Virus record (IMG/VR): IMGVR_UViG_3300032046_000001
Location: 186,001 to 250,000 of that record
DNA length: 64,000 nt
Direction: 5' to 3' (one strand)
Made by a program: the position numbers and the translations under genes. Positions within the stretch are counted from its first letter, which is position 1. Every line of letters begins with the position of its first letter. The notes under the pieces were generated by a model, which saw only the letters and a list, made by a program, of their open reading frames with translations, made no database searches and had not been told where the DNA came from. Positions 29,261 to 38,159 of this stretch are shown one piece after another.

Positions 29261-29674
29261 TTAAATCTCCTTTATTATTTTTAATCCACGAGATATTAAT
29301 ATTCTTGTTTGAATGATATCATTCTCAAATTTATAATTTTTTAAAATTTCATACATACGATATTTTATGTGGCATTTACAAAGAACATAGTTTGGTAGGT
29401 TATATAGTTTTTCAAATATAATTTTTGAGTCTTCTAATGATAAAAATGAACAAAAACCAGTATGGTATTCTATATTATTATCTTTTATAATAATGTCATC
29501 CCATCTATTTTTATCATAACTCCAATAACAACTAATCCATTCATTTATTGGTGGGAATTGAAAAAATTTATTATTATATTCATTAATATTATAGTAACAA
29601 TCGTCTATTTTTTGAAATATTTTATAACTAATAATTTCTTTTTTATTAGGCAATAAAAATTTTTTTATTATCAT
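29261..29674 (-). CDS. Hypothetical protein, 'YK...GFHS' paralog family
   Basis: SYKIFQ...YHTGFCSF...SRGLKIIKEI. Confidence 0.6.
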   Translation of the reverse strand: MIIKKFLLPNKKEIISYKIFQKIDDCYYNINEYNNKFFQFPPINEWISCYWSYDKNRWDDIIIKDNNIEYHTGFCSFLSLEDSKIIFEKLYNLPNYVLCKCHIKYRMYEILKNYKFENDIIQTRILISRGLKIIKEI

Positions 29675-29792
29675 AAATTACTCACAGAATAGTTTGGAAA
29701 GTCATAACAGACTTTCCAAACTTCACCATCTGAGTCATTAACATCTAAATTTTTATAAATTCCCATCTAAAATCTCCAGTTTATAATATTAA

Positions 29793-29990
29793 TTATTTAT
29801 TTGTTGAATTGTGAAAGTGTTCCCAATTCAATTTAAAACTGTTTTTACTAATAAGTTTGACTGTTTCTTCATCAAAAAATAGATCTTTTTTACACATATC
29901 ACAAAAGATAGTATCGGGTGGATCATTCAATGGATGTCGAACTTCTATAATATAACCGCAATTCTTACACCGATATTCATAAATTGGCAT
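29793..29990 (-). CDS. FmdB-family zinc-ribbon protein
   Basis: MPIYEYRCKNCG...CDMC...KLIS. Confidence 0.75.
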   Translation of the reverse strand: MPIYEYRCKNCGYIIEVRHPLNDPPDTIFCDMCKKDLFFDEETVKLISKNSFKLNWEHFHNSTNK

Positions 29991-30000
29991 TTTATTAACC

Positions 30001-30309
30001 TCAGTTAGTACAGATTTTTGATAATTTCTTATACATTACTTCTATCTCTGATATATCAACTTTTAATATAATCGGGGTATTAAGTACTGATATTGTCCTT
30101 TCTAAAATAAATGATTTTCCGTACTGTTGAATTTCACTTATATGAAACGAATCTCCAAAGATATCAATAAAATCGTCATGTTTCATATCAAAAATTAATT
30201 TTTGTCTATCAATATCAAAAATAATATTAATAGGTTTTAGATCTTGTTCACCAATAAATCTGATATGGTTTACTAATCCATCCATTAAAGATTCAAATTC
30301 TTTTGTCAT
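30001..30309 (-). CDS. Hypothetical protein
   Basis: GGAG SD; intact ORF. Confidence 0.6.
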   Translation of the reverse strand: MTKEFESLMDGLVNHIRFIGEQDLKPINIIFDIDRQKLIFDMKHDDFIDIFGDSFHISEIQQYGKSFILERTISVLNTPIILKVDISEIEVMYKKLSKICTN

Positions 30310-30394
30310 TATTATTCTCCAATTTTATATAACTCCAAGTTTTTCCAATTTTAATATGATAGATTGTCATTTCTAAATTTTCATAAATTTTCAT
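30293..30394 (-). pseudogene. Collapsed remnant of a NUMOD4/HNH homing endonuclease
   Basis: MKIYENL (24 nt identical to the start of 59914-60495) fused to TIYHIKIGKTWSYIKL, an endonuclease C-terminal HTH end. Confidence 0.65.
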
Positions 30395-30409
30395 TAAAAA
30401 TCTCCAAAA

Positions 30410-30658
30410 TTAATCTATTAAATTTAATTCAATTAACTCACTATATGTCAATTCGAATAAATCAGAAGACCAATAATCATCATTAATTAAATGTCGTAAA
30501 TTAACAAAATAATTCCACAATTTAAGATCTATCATTTCTTGTTTGGTGAGTCTGATTACTTTTTTCTTCGCTTCTTCATCACGAATTTCGTTAATTAAAA
30601 GACAATACTCAAAATAATCATTGTCATTATAAAATCTCATATAAATGCTTGACAACAT
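30410..30658 (-). CDS. Hypothetical protein
   Basis: ORF in operon. Confidence 0.5.
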   Translation of the reverse strand: MLSSIYMRFYNDNDYFEYCLLINEIRDEEAKKKVIRLTKQEMIDLKLWNYFVNLRHLINDDYWSSDLFELTYSELIELNLID

Positions 30659-30963
30659 TGTCCTTTATAACAATATAATAAATCCTTATCATTCAAATCT
30701 TTAAGTAACTTTATAAATGTCTCTAACCCTCCATTTAATAAAAATTCTGTTCGTTCTTCATATTTCATTTCACTAATTTTATCAGTAAAATTAACAAGTA
30801 TTTTATTAGATTCAATTTCTCTATCCATTGCCTCAGTGAATAGTGTATCATAACCACAATAATATGCCCTTGCTACTTTCTCAGTAATCAATTCTCTCAT
30901 TTTATCTTCTGATTCTTGGATTGTATCTCTAATAATATTTTCAACCTGTTCAGATGTTTTCAT
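30637..30963 (-). CDS. Hypothetical protein
   Basis: ORF in operon. Confidence 0.6.
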   Translation of the reverse strand: MKTSEQVENIIRDTIQESEDKMRELITEKVARAYYCGYDTLFTEAMDREIESNKILVNFTDKISEMKYEERTEFLLNGGLETFIKLLKDLNDKDLLYCYKGQCCQAFI

Positions 30964-30967
30964 TTTT

Positions 30968-31198
30968 TCAAATCTTCTCTATTAATTGACCTTCAATTTC
31001 AATTATTGGCCAATTGTGCTCATCCCAATCAGAATACTCATTAACTCTCATGATTATTTTATCATATTTTTTTTCATTTTCTTTTTTAATTTCTTCTAAT
31101 TTATTGATAACTTCTTGAATTGTACAACCATCTATATCATTAATTAAATCTACACTTTGAATATTACACGTTCCAGTGATAATCATTTTACCATCCAT
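30968..31198 (-). CDS. ETDEEY-array member 7 (C-terminally truncated)
   Basis: MDGK start; TIQE..KLEEIKKENEKKY shared with 31188-31550. Confidence 0.7.
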   Translation of the reverse strand: MDGKMIITGTCNIQSVDLINDIDGCTIQEVINKLEEIKKENEKKYDKIIMRVNEYSDWDEHNWPIIEIEGQLIEKI

Positions 31199-31550
31199 AT
31201 TGTTCTTTTAACCTCTTAAAAATCATTCTATCGATAACTTCTTTACCTCTACGTTTCTGGGAATCTTTTATTTTATCAAGTTCATCGTTTAATTTTTTTA
31301 ATTCACTCATTCTTTTTTCAAATTCTTCATCAGTTTCTTCTTTGACACCTTTAACTGAAATAAGTTCATGTGTCATTTCACGTTCTCTTTCATACCAAGA
31401 ATCTATATCTATAAATATTTCAGTATATTTATTTTCATTTTCTTTTTTAATTTTTTCAAAAATATCTATAAATTCTTGAATAGATAAACCGGATAATTTA
31501 TAACCTCTAATCTCTTCTATATAATTTATAGATCTTTGTTTAGACTCCAT
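31188..31550 (-). CDS. ETDEEY-array member 6
   Basis: KGVKEETDEEFEKR...FKRLKEQYGW*. Confidence 0.75.
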   Translation of the reverse strand: MESKQRSINYIEEIRGYKLSGLSIQEFIDIFEKIKKENENKYTEIFIDIDSWYEREREMTHELISVKGVKEETDEEFEKRMSELKKLNDELDKIKDSQKRRGKEVIDRMIFKRLKEQYGW

Positions 31551-31914
31551 ATTTATTTTTCAACCTTTCAAATTCTTGACGTTCCCATTCTTCGAATTCT
31601 TTCACCTGTTTTTGTCGTTCTTCTTCTTGTTTTATTTTTAATTCTTTTATTTTTCTTTCATTAATAAGTCGTTTTTCATACTCATCATCTGTTTCTAATC
31701 TATCACCATTAAAATAAATACCGGCTTCGGGATCACCATGATCATAATCACCATCGTTGGCATAACTATAAAAATCAACTGATATATTAGAATAGTCAGG
31801 ATTTTTTTCTTCTACATCATCAAATATCTTTCTAAGATCGGATATAAATATTGGTTCACCATATTTTAATTCAACTACTAAAAATTCTTTGTTTATAATT
31901 TTCTTACCATCCAT
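31540..31914 (-). CDS. ETDEEY-array member 5
   Basis: GDRLETDDEYEKR...FERLKNKYGV*. Confidence 0.75.
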   Translation of the reverse strand: MDGKKIINKEFLVVELKYGEPIFISDLRKIFDDVEEKNPDYSNISVDFYSYANDGDYDHGDPEAGIYFNGDRLETDDEYEKRLINERKIKELKIKQEEERQKQVKEFEEWERQEFERLKNKYGV

Positions 31915-32239
31915 ATTGTTTTCTCAACTTTTCAAAATTTTTTCGATCTTCATCTTTTTTGTGGGATTTCTCTAATTCTTTCATATTTTCCCAATGTTTT
32001 TCATACGCAATTCGTCGTTCATATTCTTCATCATTTTCTTCTCGTATACCTTGAAAATGAAATTCTATTTCACCATAATATGAATAGATTCTCATAGTTA
32101 TATCTTTATATTCTTTTTTATATAAATTTTTAATTTCATTTAATTTATCAGTTATTTTATCAACAGATAATTCATCAATATCATAATCATATAATATTAT
32201 ATCATCTAAATTTATTTGTATGTCTTTTTTACCAGCCAT
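31904..32239 (-). CDS. ETDEEY-array member 4
   Basis: GIREENDEEYERR...FEKLRKQYGW*. Confidence 0.75.
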   Translation of the reverse strand: MAGKKDIQINLDDIILYDYDIDELSVDKITDKLNEIKNLYKKEYKDITMRIYSYYGEIEFHFQGIREENDEEYERRIAYEKHWENMKELEKSHKKDEDRKNFEKLRKQYGW

Positions 32240-32615
32240 ATTTTTCTTTTAATCTCTCAAATGTTTGTTTATCAAAATCTTTTTGATGATCTTGTCTAAT
32301 TTTTTCTCGTTCAGCTTCTTCTTTATCAAGTTCTATTTTTCTCAACCGTTGTTTTTCTTCATATATTAATCGTTTTTGATATTCTTCATCAGTTTCTAAT
32401 CGTTCACCATAAAAAGTTGCTCTTGCTACAGGATTAAATCCCTGTTCTCGATTACCTCCCCATTCATCAAATTCAACGGTTAAATTTTCAAATTTTCCAA
32501 GATATTCTATCCTAATTCTATTAAACATTGTTTCAACTTCTGTGAGTGTTAATGGTTTACCATAAATTAATGGAATCTCAACGAGTTCACAATTTATATA
32601 TTTTTTACCATCCAT
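32229..32615 (-). CDS. ETDEEY-array member 3
   Basis: GERLETDEEYQKR...FERLKEKYGW*. Confidence 0.75.
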   Translation of the reverse strand: MDGKKYINCELVEIPLIYGKPLTLTEVETMFNRIRIEYLGKFENLTVEFDEWGGNREQGFNPVARATFYGERLETDEEYQKRLIYEEKQRLRKIELDKEEAEREKIRQDHQKDFDKQTFERLKEKYGW

Positions 32616-33036
32616 ACTGTTTTTTCATCCTCTCAAATTCAGCTCGATCCTTTTCAACTTTCTTTGACAATGTTTCACTTTCATCTTTCTTCTTTTTTTC
32701 TTCTTGTTTTCTTTTAAGATCATCTAATTTCTTTTGATAATCTTCTTCCCATTTAATTCTTGAATTATATTCTTCATCCGTTTCATCACGTCTACCTCTA
32801 AAAGTTATTTCACTATGTGGTTCATCTTCGTCATTTTGATCATAATCATAATATGAGCTTACTTGAATAAAAATATCATCATATTTTCCTTTATACATTC
32901 TTAATATACCACACAAATATCCCATATGATCTCTTATGGTTGTGTTGTGAAGATCCTCACTATATATAATCCCCTCTAAATCATCAAATTTTTTTATTCG
33001 ATTTCTATTCACTTCGAATTCTTTTTTCGTATCCAT
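32605..33036 (-). CDS. ETDEEY-array member 2
   Basis: MDTKK start at 33036; GRRDETDEEYNSR...FERMKKQYGW*. Confidence 0.7.
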   Translation of the reverse strand: MDTKKEFEVNRNRIKKFDDLEGIIYSEDLHNTTIRDHMGYLCGILRMYKGKYDDIFIQVSSYYDYDQNDEDEPHSEITFRGRRDETDEEYNSRIKWEEDYQKKLDDLKRKQEEKKKKDESETLSKKVEKDRAEFERMKKQYGW

Positions 33037-33316
33037 ATTCCCTATACTTCCTTTCAAGTCTCAATCTTTCAGCTTTTTCTTCATTATTCTCTAATCTCAT
33101 AAAACCTATTCTCGGATATAAACTACCGTCACTATATTGACCATATCCAAGTTCTATTCTAATTTCATTATCTGGATATCCAGCTTGAATTTCATCTAAT
33201 TTATCTTTTAATTCTTGAATGGTAAAATTGTAAACATCATCACCAACAATTTCATCTTCTAACAAAACACCAACACTCAATAAATCATCTATATCTTCAA
33301 TCAAGACTTTCTCCAT
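33005..33316 (-). CDS. ETDEEY-array member 1
   Basis: FMRLENNEEKAER...YREYGY. Confidence 0.65.
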   Translation of the reverse strand: MEKVLIEDIDDLLSVGVLLEDEIVGDDVYNFTIQELKDKLDEIQAGYPDNEIRIELGYGQYSDGSLYPRIGFMRLENNEEKAERLRLERKYREYGYEKRIRSE

Positions 33317-34085
33317 TCATTGTTAGTTCATTATAATATCTATCAAGATCAGCATACTTCTCTTTTACTTCTAAAAATTTCCCACATGTACGTTTACCTT
33401 CATTACACTTACCACTATGTAGACATTTAGGACCAGCATTCTCAAAGATTGTAGGAGCTGCATCTTTCACAAGATATAACATCTTATCAACAATATCGTG
33501 TATTTCTTTTGAAGCTAAATTACAACACCTCAGACTAAAAATATGAAGTAACTCTCTGGCATTACACGTATGAATTATTTGAGTAGTACATGCTTCTGGT
33601 AAAACATATCTCCTATCATCATTTGGTATATCACCAGTCATCATATTATACAATCTCTGAGCAATTGCCATGAATCTTAGGTATCTTTTATGGTATTTTG
33701 AATTTTTTATTGTTTCTGGAATATAATAATCAAAGTGATCATGATTTACATATCGTTGGGATCTAACTGAAAATGAACAAATTCTATGTCTCGTAACCTG
33801 TGCCAACATTGATCGTGAAACACCTGAATATCCAAAGGTAAAACATGGATGTTCAAATGGTGATAGATGTCCAACTGTAAGTAACATCTTGACAAATTTT
33901 GACGTGTCAACTTCAACTGATTTTACAAATTCTTCGTATGTCATACTTTCTTTGTCATATTCACTCAAACTATAAAACTTTAATATCAAATCTTTTAGAT
34001 CTAAGGGTGAATAACAGTTCTTTGCCGCAGTAGCAACTAATCTGTCAGGATTGGGTGTGTGTGCTATTAAATAAACTTCAGACAT
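33297..34085 (-). CDS. thyX: FAD-dependent thymidylate synthase
   Basis: GHLSPFEH, QVTRHRICSFSVRSQRYV (RHRx7SxR), NAREL..F..LRCC..A..EI. Confidence 0.95.
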   Translation of the reverse strand: MSEVYLIAHTPNPDRLVATAAKNCYSPLDLKDLILKFYSLSEYDKESMTYEEFVKSVEVDTSKFVKMLLTVGHLSPFEHPCFTFGYSGVSRSMLAQVTRHRICSFSVRSQRYVNHDHFDYYIPETIKNSKYHKRYLRFMAIAQRLYNMMTGDIPNDDRRYVLPEACTTQIIHTCNARELLHIFSLRCCNLASKEIHDIVDKMLYLVKDAAPTIFENAGPKCLHSGKCNEGKRTCGKFLEVKEKYADLDRYYNELTMNGESLD

Positions 34086-34119
34086 TAAATACTCCTTAAA
34101 AAAAAATTAAAATGGGATT

Positions 34120-34145
34120 AAAGGGGGATTTTACAATCCCCCTTT
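34120..34145 (-). terminator. Intrinsic terminator
   Basis: AAAGGGGGATT-ttac-AATCCCCCTTT 11-bp stem. Confidence 0.65.
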
Positions 34146-34159
34146 ATCATCAAGATTGC

Positions 34160-34570
34160 TTAAGCAACCTTTTCTTCCGGTTTTTCTTCAGGTATTTCAG
34201 ATACTTCTACATTTCGTTGAATCGCGGTCAATAGTTGTAAATTAATTTCATTCAGGATTTGTTGTGAAATATTCATAGCATCAAAGAAGTCGGTTGCCTC
34301 AATATTAATAGAAACCATCCGATAGAGTTTGCTATTCAACATGACCAACTCACCCGATTGAAGTTGTCGTTCAAAAACAACTTCGGTGGTTAATTTTGGA
34401 TTGATCGTCAAGGTTTCTTTGTTGATAATAGGAATGAAAACAACGAGTTTGAAAATGAATTTTTTCTCGATGTCATTTAAATCAATTTTCCACCAATAGT
34501 CACCGAAAAAAGTTCCCTCGATCGTAAAATCAAAGATGTGTTTGAAAACATTAACCATACAACTACTCAT
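34160..34570 (-). CDS. Hypothetical protein
   Basis: GGAG SD; intact ORF. Confidence 0.6.
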   Translation of the reverse strand: MSSCMVNVFKHIFDFTIEGTFFGDYWWKIDLNDIEKKFIFKLVVFIPIINKETLTINPKLTTEVVFERQLQSGELVMLNSKLYRMVSINIEATDFFDAMNISQQILNEINLQLLTAIQRNVEVSEIPEEKPEEKVA

Positions 34571-34623
34571 AGTTTAAACTCCTTTTTTAACATGATTTTA
34601 AAAATAAAATTGATAGTTTATTA

Positions 34624-34646
34624 CTATCATACATTAATATATATAG
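34624..34646 (-). promoter_or_regulatory. Candidate phage promoter motif (CTATATATATTAATGTATGATAG)
   Basis: Intergenic; matches 28649 and 35784. Confidence 0.5.
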
Positions 34647-34662
34647 TTGCAGTTAATTATAA

Positions 34663-34881
34663 TTAAATCTCCTCTTCATTGTTCTTGTTCTTCTTCTTCT
34701 TAATTTTCTCAAATTTTTCTGATTTAAAAATTAATATTTTTCCTTTAACCATAACTTCTACTTTGTCTTCTTGTAAATCATCATCAAAATAAAAATCTTC
34801 AACCTGTTTATTACTTTGTTTCTTCACTTGGTAAATATCTCTCCCAATTAATATCTTCTGGATGATACTTTCTTTTGACAT
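34663..34881 (-). CDS. Hypothetical protein
   Basis: ORF in operon. Confidence 0.5.
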   Translation of the reverse strand: MSKESIIQKILIGRDIYQVKKQSNKQVEDFYFDDDLQEDKVEVMVKGKILIFKSEKFEKIKKKKNKNNEEEI

Positions 34882-35272
34882 TGTACCGTAAAAATCGTGC
34901 GGTCCATGCCGTTAAATATTTAAGTTCAATCGTATTAGCCTTCTTTTCATTACAGATATGACACATAGTCTGTAAGTTAAATAATCTACGTGGTCCACCC
35001 ATACTTTTTGGAATGATATGGTCCACAGTCATTAATACACCATGACCATCTTTAATGGCAAATAAATTAAGGTGTGGTGTTTCATTGGGATGATGACGCT
35101 GTAATTTAAATATACTACCGATTAAACCACATTCAACACAAACTAATGATCGTTTGAATGCTTTTAATCTTTCGGATATAACAGCAACATCCCAATCAAG
35201 TAAATGGGCTTTTTCACTCACTCCAATCAAAGGAAGTATCTCTTCAAGCGGATATATAGCAATTGTTTCCAT
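34811..35272 (-). CDS. HNH endonuclease-domain protein
   Basis: CVECG...MTVDHIIPKSMGG...NLQTMCHICNEKK; GGAG SD before ATG 35272. Confidence 0.8.
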   Translation of the reverse strand: METIAIYPLEEILPLIGVSEKAHLLDWDVAVISERLKAFKRSLVCVECGLIGSIFKLQRHHPNETPHLNLFAIKDGHGVLMTVDHIIPKSMGGPRRLFNLQTMCHICNEKKANTIELKYLTAWTARFLRYNVKRKYHPEDINWERYLPSEETK

Positions 35273-35733
35273 AGTAATTCTCTCCAATTAATTGTCCAAG
35301 TTTTCTCATGCCTTTACGTCCGAAAAACTGCATTCCCGCACCGCTATAAAATAATTTTTTAGCCAGATCATCATTCAAGTCTGCTAAGTCAATTTTATTA
35401 CCTCTTCTTACATTACAAGGAAAACACATGGTTCGTAAATTATTCATATCGTTCTTCCCACCTTTACTCTTAGGAATGATATGATCCACGGTCATCATAA
35501 CTTCAATGTCGGTAAGAGAAAATAAATTTAAAATTCGTCTTCCCTTTTCATTTTCCTGTAAATAAAATACTGTTCCTATACGACCACACTCGGCACACAC
35601 AAGTGATTTCTTAAAAACCAGTAATTTTTTTACTACCAACTCCTATACCTTTATATTCATTTAGATCGACAACGATATTTTTTTCAATGAGTGGTATAAT
35701 CTGTGATATGCTAAATGTGGCTATAGTTTTCAT
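35244..35733 (-). pseudogene. HNH paralog split by a +1 frameshift in an A7 run
   Basis: 5' part MKTIATFSISQIIPLI aligns with METIAIYPLEEILPLI of the neighbour; A7 at 35625-35631 needs A6; span 490 nt = 3n+1. Confidence 0.75.
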
Positions 35734-35783
35734 TATCTTCTCCATATTTTAAAAATTATTAATTCATAAAACCTCCGAAAAAT

Positions 35784-35808
35784 CTATCATCTATTAATAT
35801 ATATATAG
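35784..35808 (-). promoter_or_regulatory. Candidate phage promoter motif at the head of the - strand block
   Basis: CTATATATATATTAATAGATGATAG on the - strand, at the strand switch. Confidence 0.5.
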
Positions 35809-35829
35809 ATGAGCAAGCTTATTAAAACT

Positions 35830-35846
35830 GGGAACAAAATATTAAA
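35830..35846 (+). promoter_or_regulatory. Candidate late promoter GGGAACAAAATATTAAA
   Basis: Identical 17-mer at 38130-38146; variants at 36374-36390 and 58690-58702 (- strand). Confidence 0.5.
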
Positions 35847-35874
35847 CTATATATTTGTTATTGGGGTTAATGAA

Positions 35875-36393
35875 ATGAATATTGTCAAAAAATATTTAGA
35901 TAAAATTCAAAATGAAGTGTCGAGTGCATCTGGTATATCATGCCGTATGGATTATTTCCCACCAACTAAAACTGATGTAAAAAAAAATTTAATAAGTTTC
36001 AATGAACAAAGTCAATCTAAAAAAGATCGTATCATGATTGATTTTGATAAAACCATTCATAGCTATGACAAAGGTTGGCAGAATGGTGAAATATATGGTG
36101 ATATTCTCGAAGATGCAAAAGAATCAATAGAAACTCTACGAAAACTTTTTGATGTTGAGATATATATCTTTACAACAAGATTATCAGATGATAATAAAGA
36201 TAAAGATATACAGATTCAAAAAATAAATGAGTGGTTGGACAATTACGGTATACAAGTTGATGGTATAACATCTGATAAATTGGGCGCATTGATGTATATT
36301 GATGATAAAGGATTCAGATTATATAATTGGAAAGAAAATCTTCCACAAATAATCGAAATAATTAAAAGTGAGCGGGAACAAAATATAAAATGA
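35875..36393 (+). CDS. HAD-superfamily hydrolase (nucleotidase/phosphatase-like)
   Basis: IMIDFDKTIH (DxDxT), IFTTR, K...YIDDKG. Confidence 0.75.
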   Translation: MNIVKKYLDKIQNEVSSASGISCRMDYFPPTKTDVKKNLISFNEQSQSKKDRIMIDFDKTIHSYDKGWQNGEIYGDILEDAKESIETLRKLFDVEIYIFTTRLSDDNKDKDIQIQKINEWLDNYGIQVDGITSDKLGALMYIDDKGFRLYNWKENLPQIIEIIKSEREQNIK

Positions 36394-36431
36394 TTTAATA
36401 AATTAATAAATATTGAAAGGAGGTTCATTGA

Positions 36432-37346
36432 TTGAAGTGTAAAATATGTGAAAAAGAACTTAAAGATTCATTAAAATCTTTGGCACAACATATATTAAAT
36501 AATCATAAAGAAATTGGAATAAAAAATTATTATGATGAATATTTTAAAAAAGAAAAAGAGAATGTTTGTTTAGAATGTGGAAAAGAAACTAAATTTGAAG
36601 GTTTGAAAAAAGGTTATAGACAGTTTTGTTCAACCAAATGTTCAAATTCAAATAAAAATAAATTAGAAAAAACAAGAGAAATAAATTTAAATAAGTATGG
36701 TGGTACGGGATTTCAAGTCAAAGAACTTTCTGATAAATCGAGAAAAACAACCAAAGATAAATATGGAGTAGAATTTGGAAGTCAGTCTAAAGAAGTTCAA
36801 AAGAAACAAATAGAAACCTTTAGAAAAACTTTAGGTGTCGATTGGCCATCCCAAAATAGAGTGGTAAGAGAAAAACAAGTTAAAACATTACAACATAAAT
36901 ATAATACTGATAATCCAATGAAGGTTGAAAAAATTAAAAATAAACAACATGAAAGTATGTTGAAGAAGTATGGCGTAGAAACTTATTCTCAGACACAAGA
37001 GTGGAGAAATAAGATGTTAAATGGTTTTGCTTCTCATGTATATTCTTTTGTTAAAAATCCCTCAAAACCACAGGTTAAAACTTTTGAACTTGTAAAAAGT
37101 ATATTCGGAGAGGCTGTTTTAAATTTTCCTATATATGAAATAAATAGAATTATTGACGTTGCAATACCATCCTTAAAGATTGCGATTGAATATGATGGTT
37201 CTTACTGGCATAAAGATGAAAATTTAGATATAATTCGTCAAAGAGAAGTGGAAAATTTAGGATGGAAATTTATACGGTACAGAGATCGTATTCCGAGTTT
37301 AGAAGAACTTAAATACGACATTGATAAAATAACAAACATTAGCTAA
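36432..37346 (+). CDS. Putative homing endonuclease (zinc finger, KYG repeats, PD-(D/E)XK/Vsr-like domain)
   Basis: CKIC..H..H, repeated KYGVE..SQ, IDVAIPSLKIAIEYDGSYWH; TTG start with GGAGG SD. Confidence 0.7.
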   Translation: MKCKICEKELKDSLKSLAQHILNNHKEIGIKNYYDEYFKKEKENVCLECGKETKFEGLKKGYRQFCSTKCSNSNKNKLEKTREINLNKYGGTGFQVKELSDKSRKTTKDKYGVEFGSQSKEVQKKQIETFRKTLGVDWPSQNRVVREKQVKTLQHKYNTDNPMKVEKIKNKQHESMLKKYGVETYSQTQEWRNKMLNGFASHVYSFVKNPSKPQVKTFELVKSIFGEAVLNFPIYEINRIIDVAIPSLKIAIEYDGSYWHKDENLDIIRQREVENLGWKFIRYRDRIPSLEELKYDIDKITNIS

Positions 37347-37360
37347 AGGATTGAAAAATA

Positions 37361-38080
37361 ATGAAATACAGCTTCGCAGAATTAGGCCAGAACATCTCTA
37401 CCAGAAAATTTGGCGGTACTACAGTGGGTGTTGCGGACCCTTATATCTCTGGTTATTTTTTTGTATGGTTTGATAAATTACCAAATAATCTTATATCATA
37501 TGTATCATTGGGTAATGCAGGTATTGGAAGTAATTCCGAAATTAAGAATATTCTTGCAGCCTCATGTACAGGTGTTACACCTCCTGGTGGAACATTGAAT
37601 AAAATTGAGTTTGCTGGTTTAGGTGGAGTAAAATGGGCGGTGCCTGGAAATATTGATTATGGTAATAGTTTAACAGTGAAGTTCTTAGAATTTAATAAAA
37701 CACCAATTCTTGACATTATGCATGGTTGGATAAAGATGATTAGGGATTACAGAACAGGAGTTACTGGTCTTAATGATGGCGACGATGGTTCTGGTTATTC
37801 AAAAAATACTTATGCAGGTATAATGTACTACTGGACTACGGCACCTGACGGTAATAGTATTGAATACTATGCTGCATATGATGGTTTATTCCCAACTAAA
37901 GATCCTCAAGATTTATATTCCGGTGATGTTGAAAACGTGGCACGTCTTGATGTTGAAATCGAATTCAATGTAGATTATATCTGGCATGAACCGTGGGTTT
38001 ATGACAAATGTAAAGCTCTTTCTGATGGTATCTTTGCTTCTTCTAAAGCAGTTGTTGAAAATTATGGATTATCAATTTAA
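37361..38080 (+). CDS. Tail tube protein (T4 gp19-like)
   Basis: Size and motifs (VT.PG.TL..IEF.G.GG.K...PG.I.Y...LTV.F.E, W...I.DY.TG, G.FPT, IEF.VD); morphogenesis context. Confidence 0.7.
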   Translation: MKYSFAELGQNISTRKFGGTTVGVADPYISGYFFVWFDKLPNNLISYVSLGNAGIGSNSEIKNILAASCTGVTPPGGTLNKIEFAGLGGVKWAVPGNIDYGNSLTVKFLEFNKTPILDIMHGWIKMIRDYRTGVTGLNDGDDGSGYSKNTYAGIMYYWTTAPDGNSIEYYAAYDGLFPTKDPQDLYSGDVENVARLDVEIEFNVDYIWHEPWVYDKCKALSDGIFASSKAVVENYGLSI

Positions 38081-38129
38081 TTTTTTTTATTTATAATTTA
38101 TTATAAAAAACAAATTTTAAATTATTAAT

Positions 38130-38146
38130 GGGAACAAAATATTAAA
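38130..38146 (+). promoter_or_regulatory. Candidate late promoter GGGAACAAAATATTAAA
   Basis: Identical to 35830-35846. Confidence 0.5.
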
Positions 38147-38159
38147 GAAGGAACAAGAA

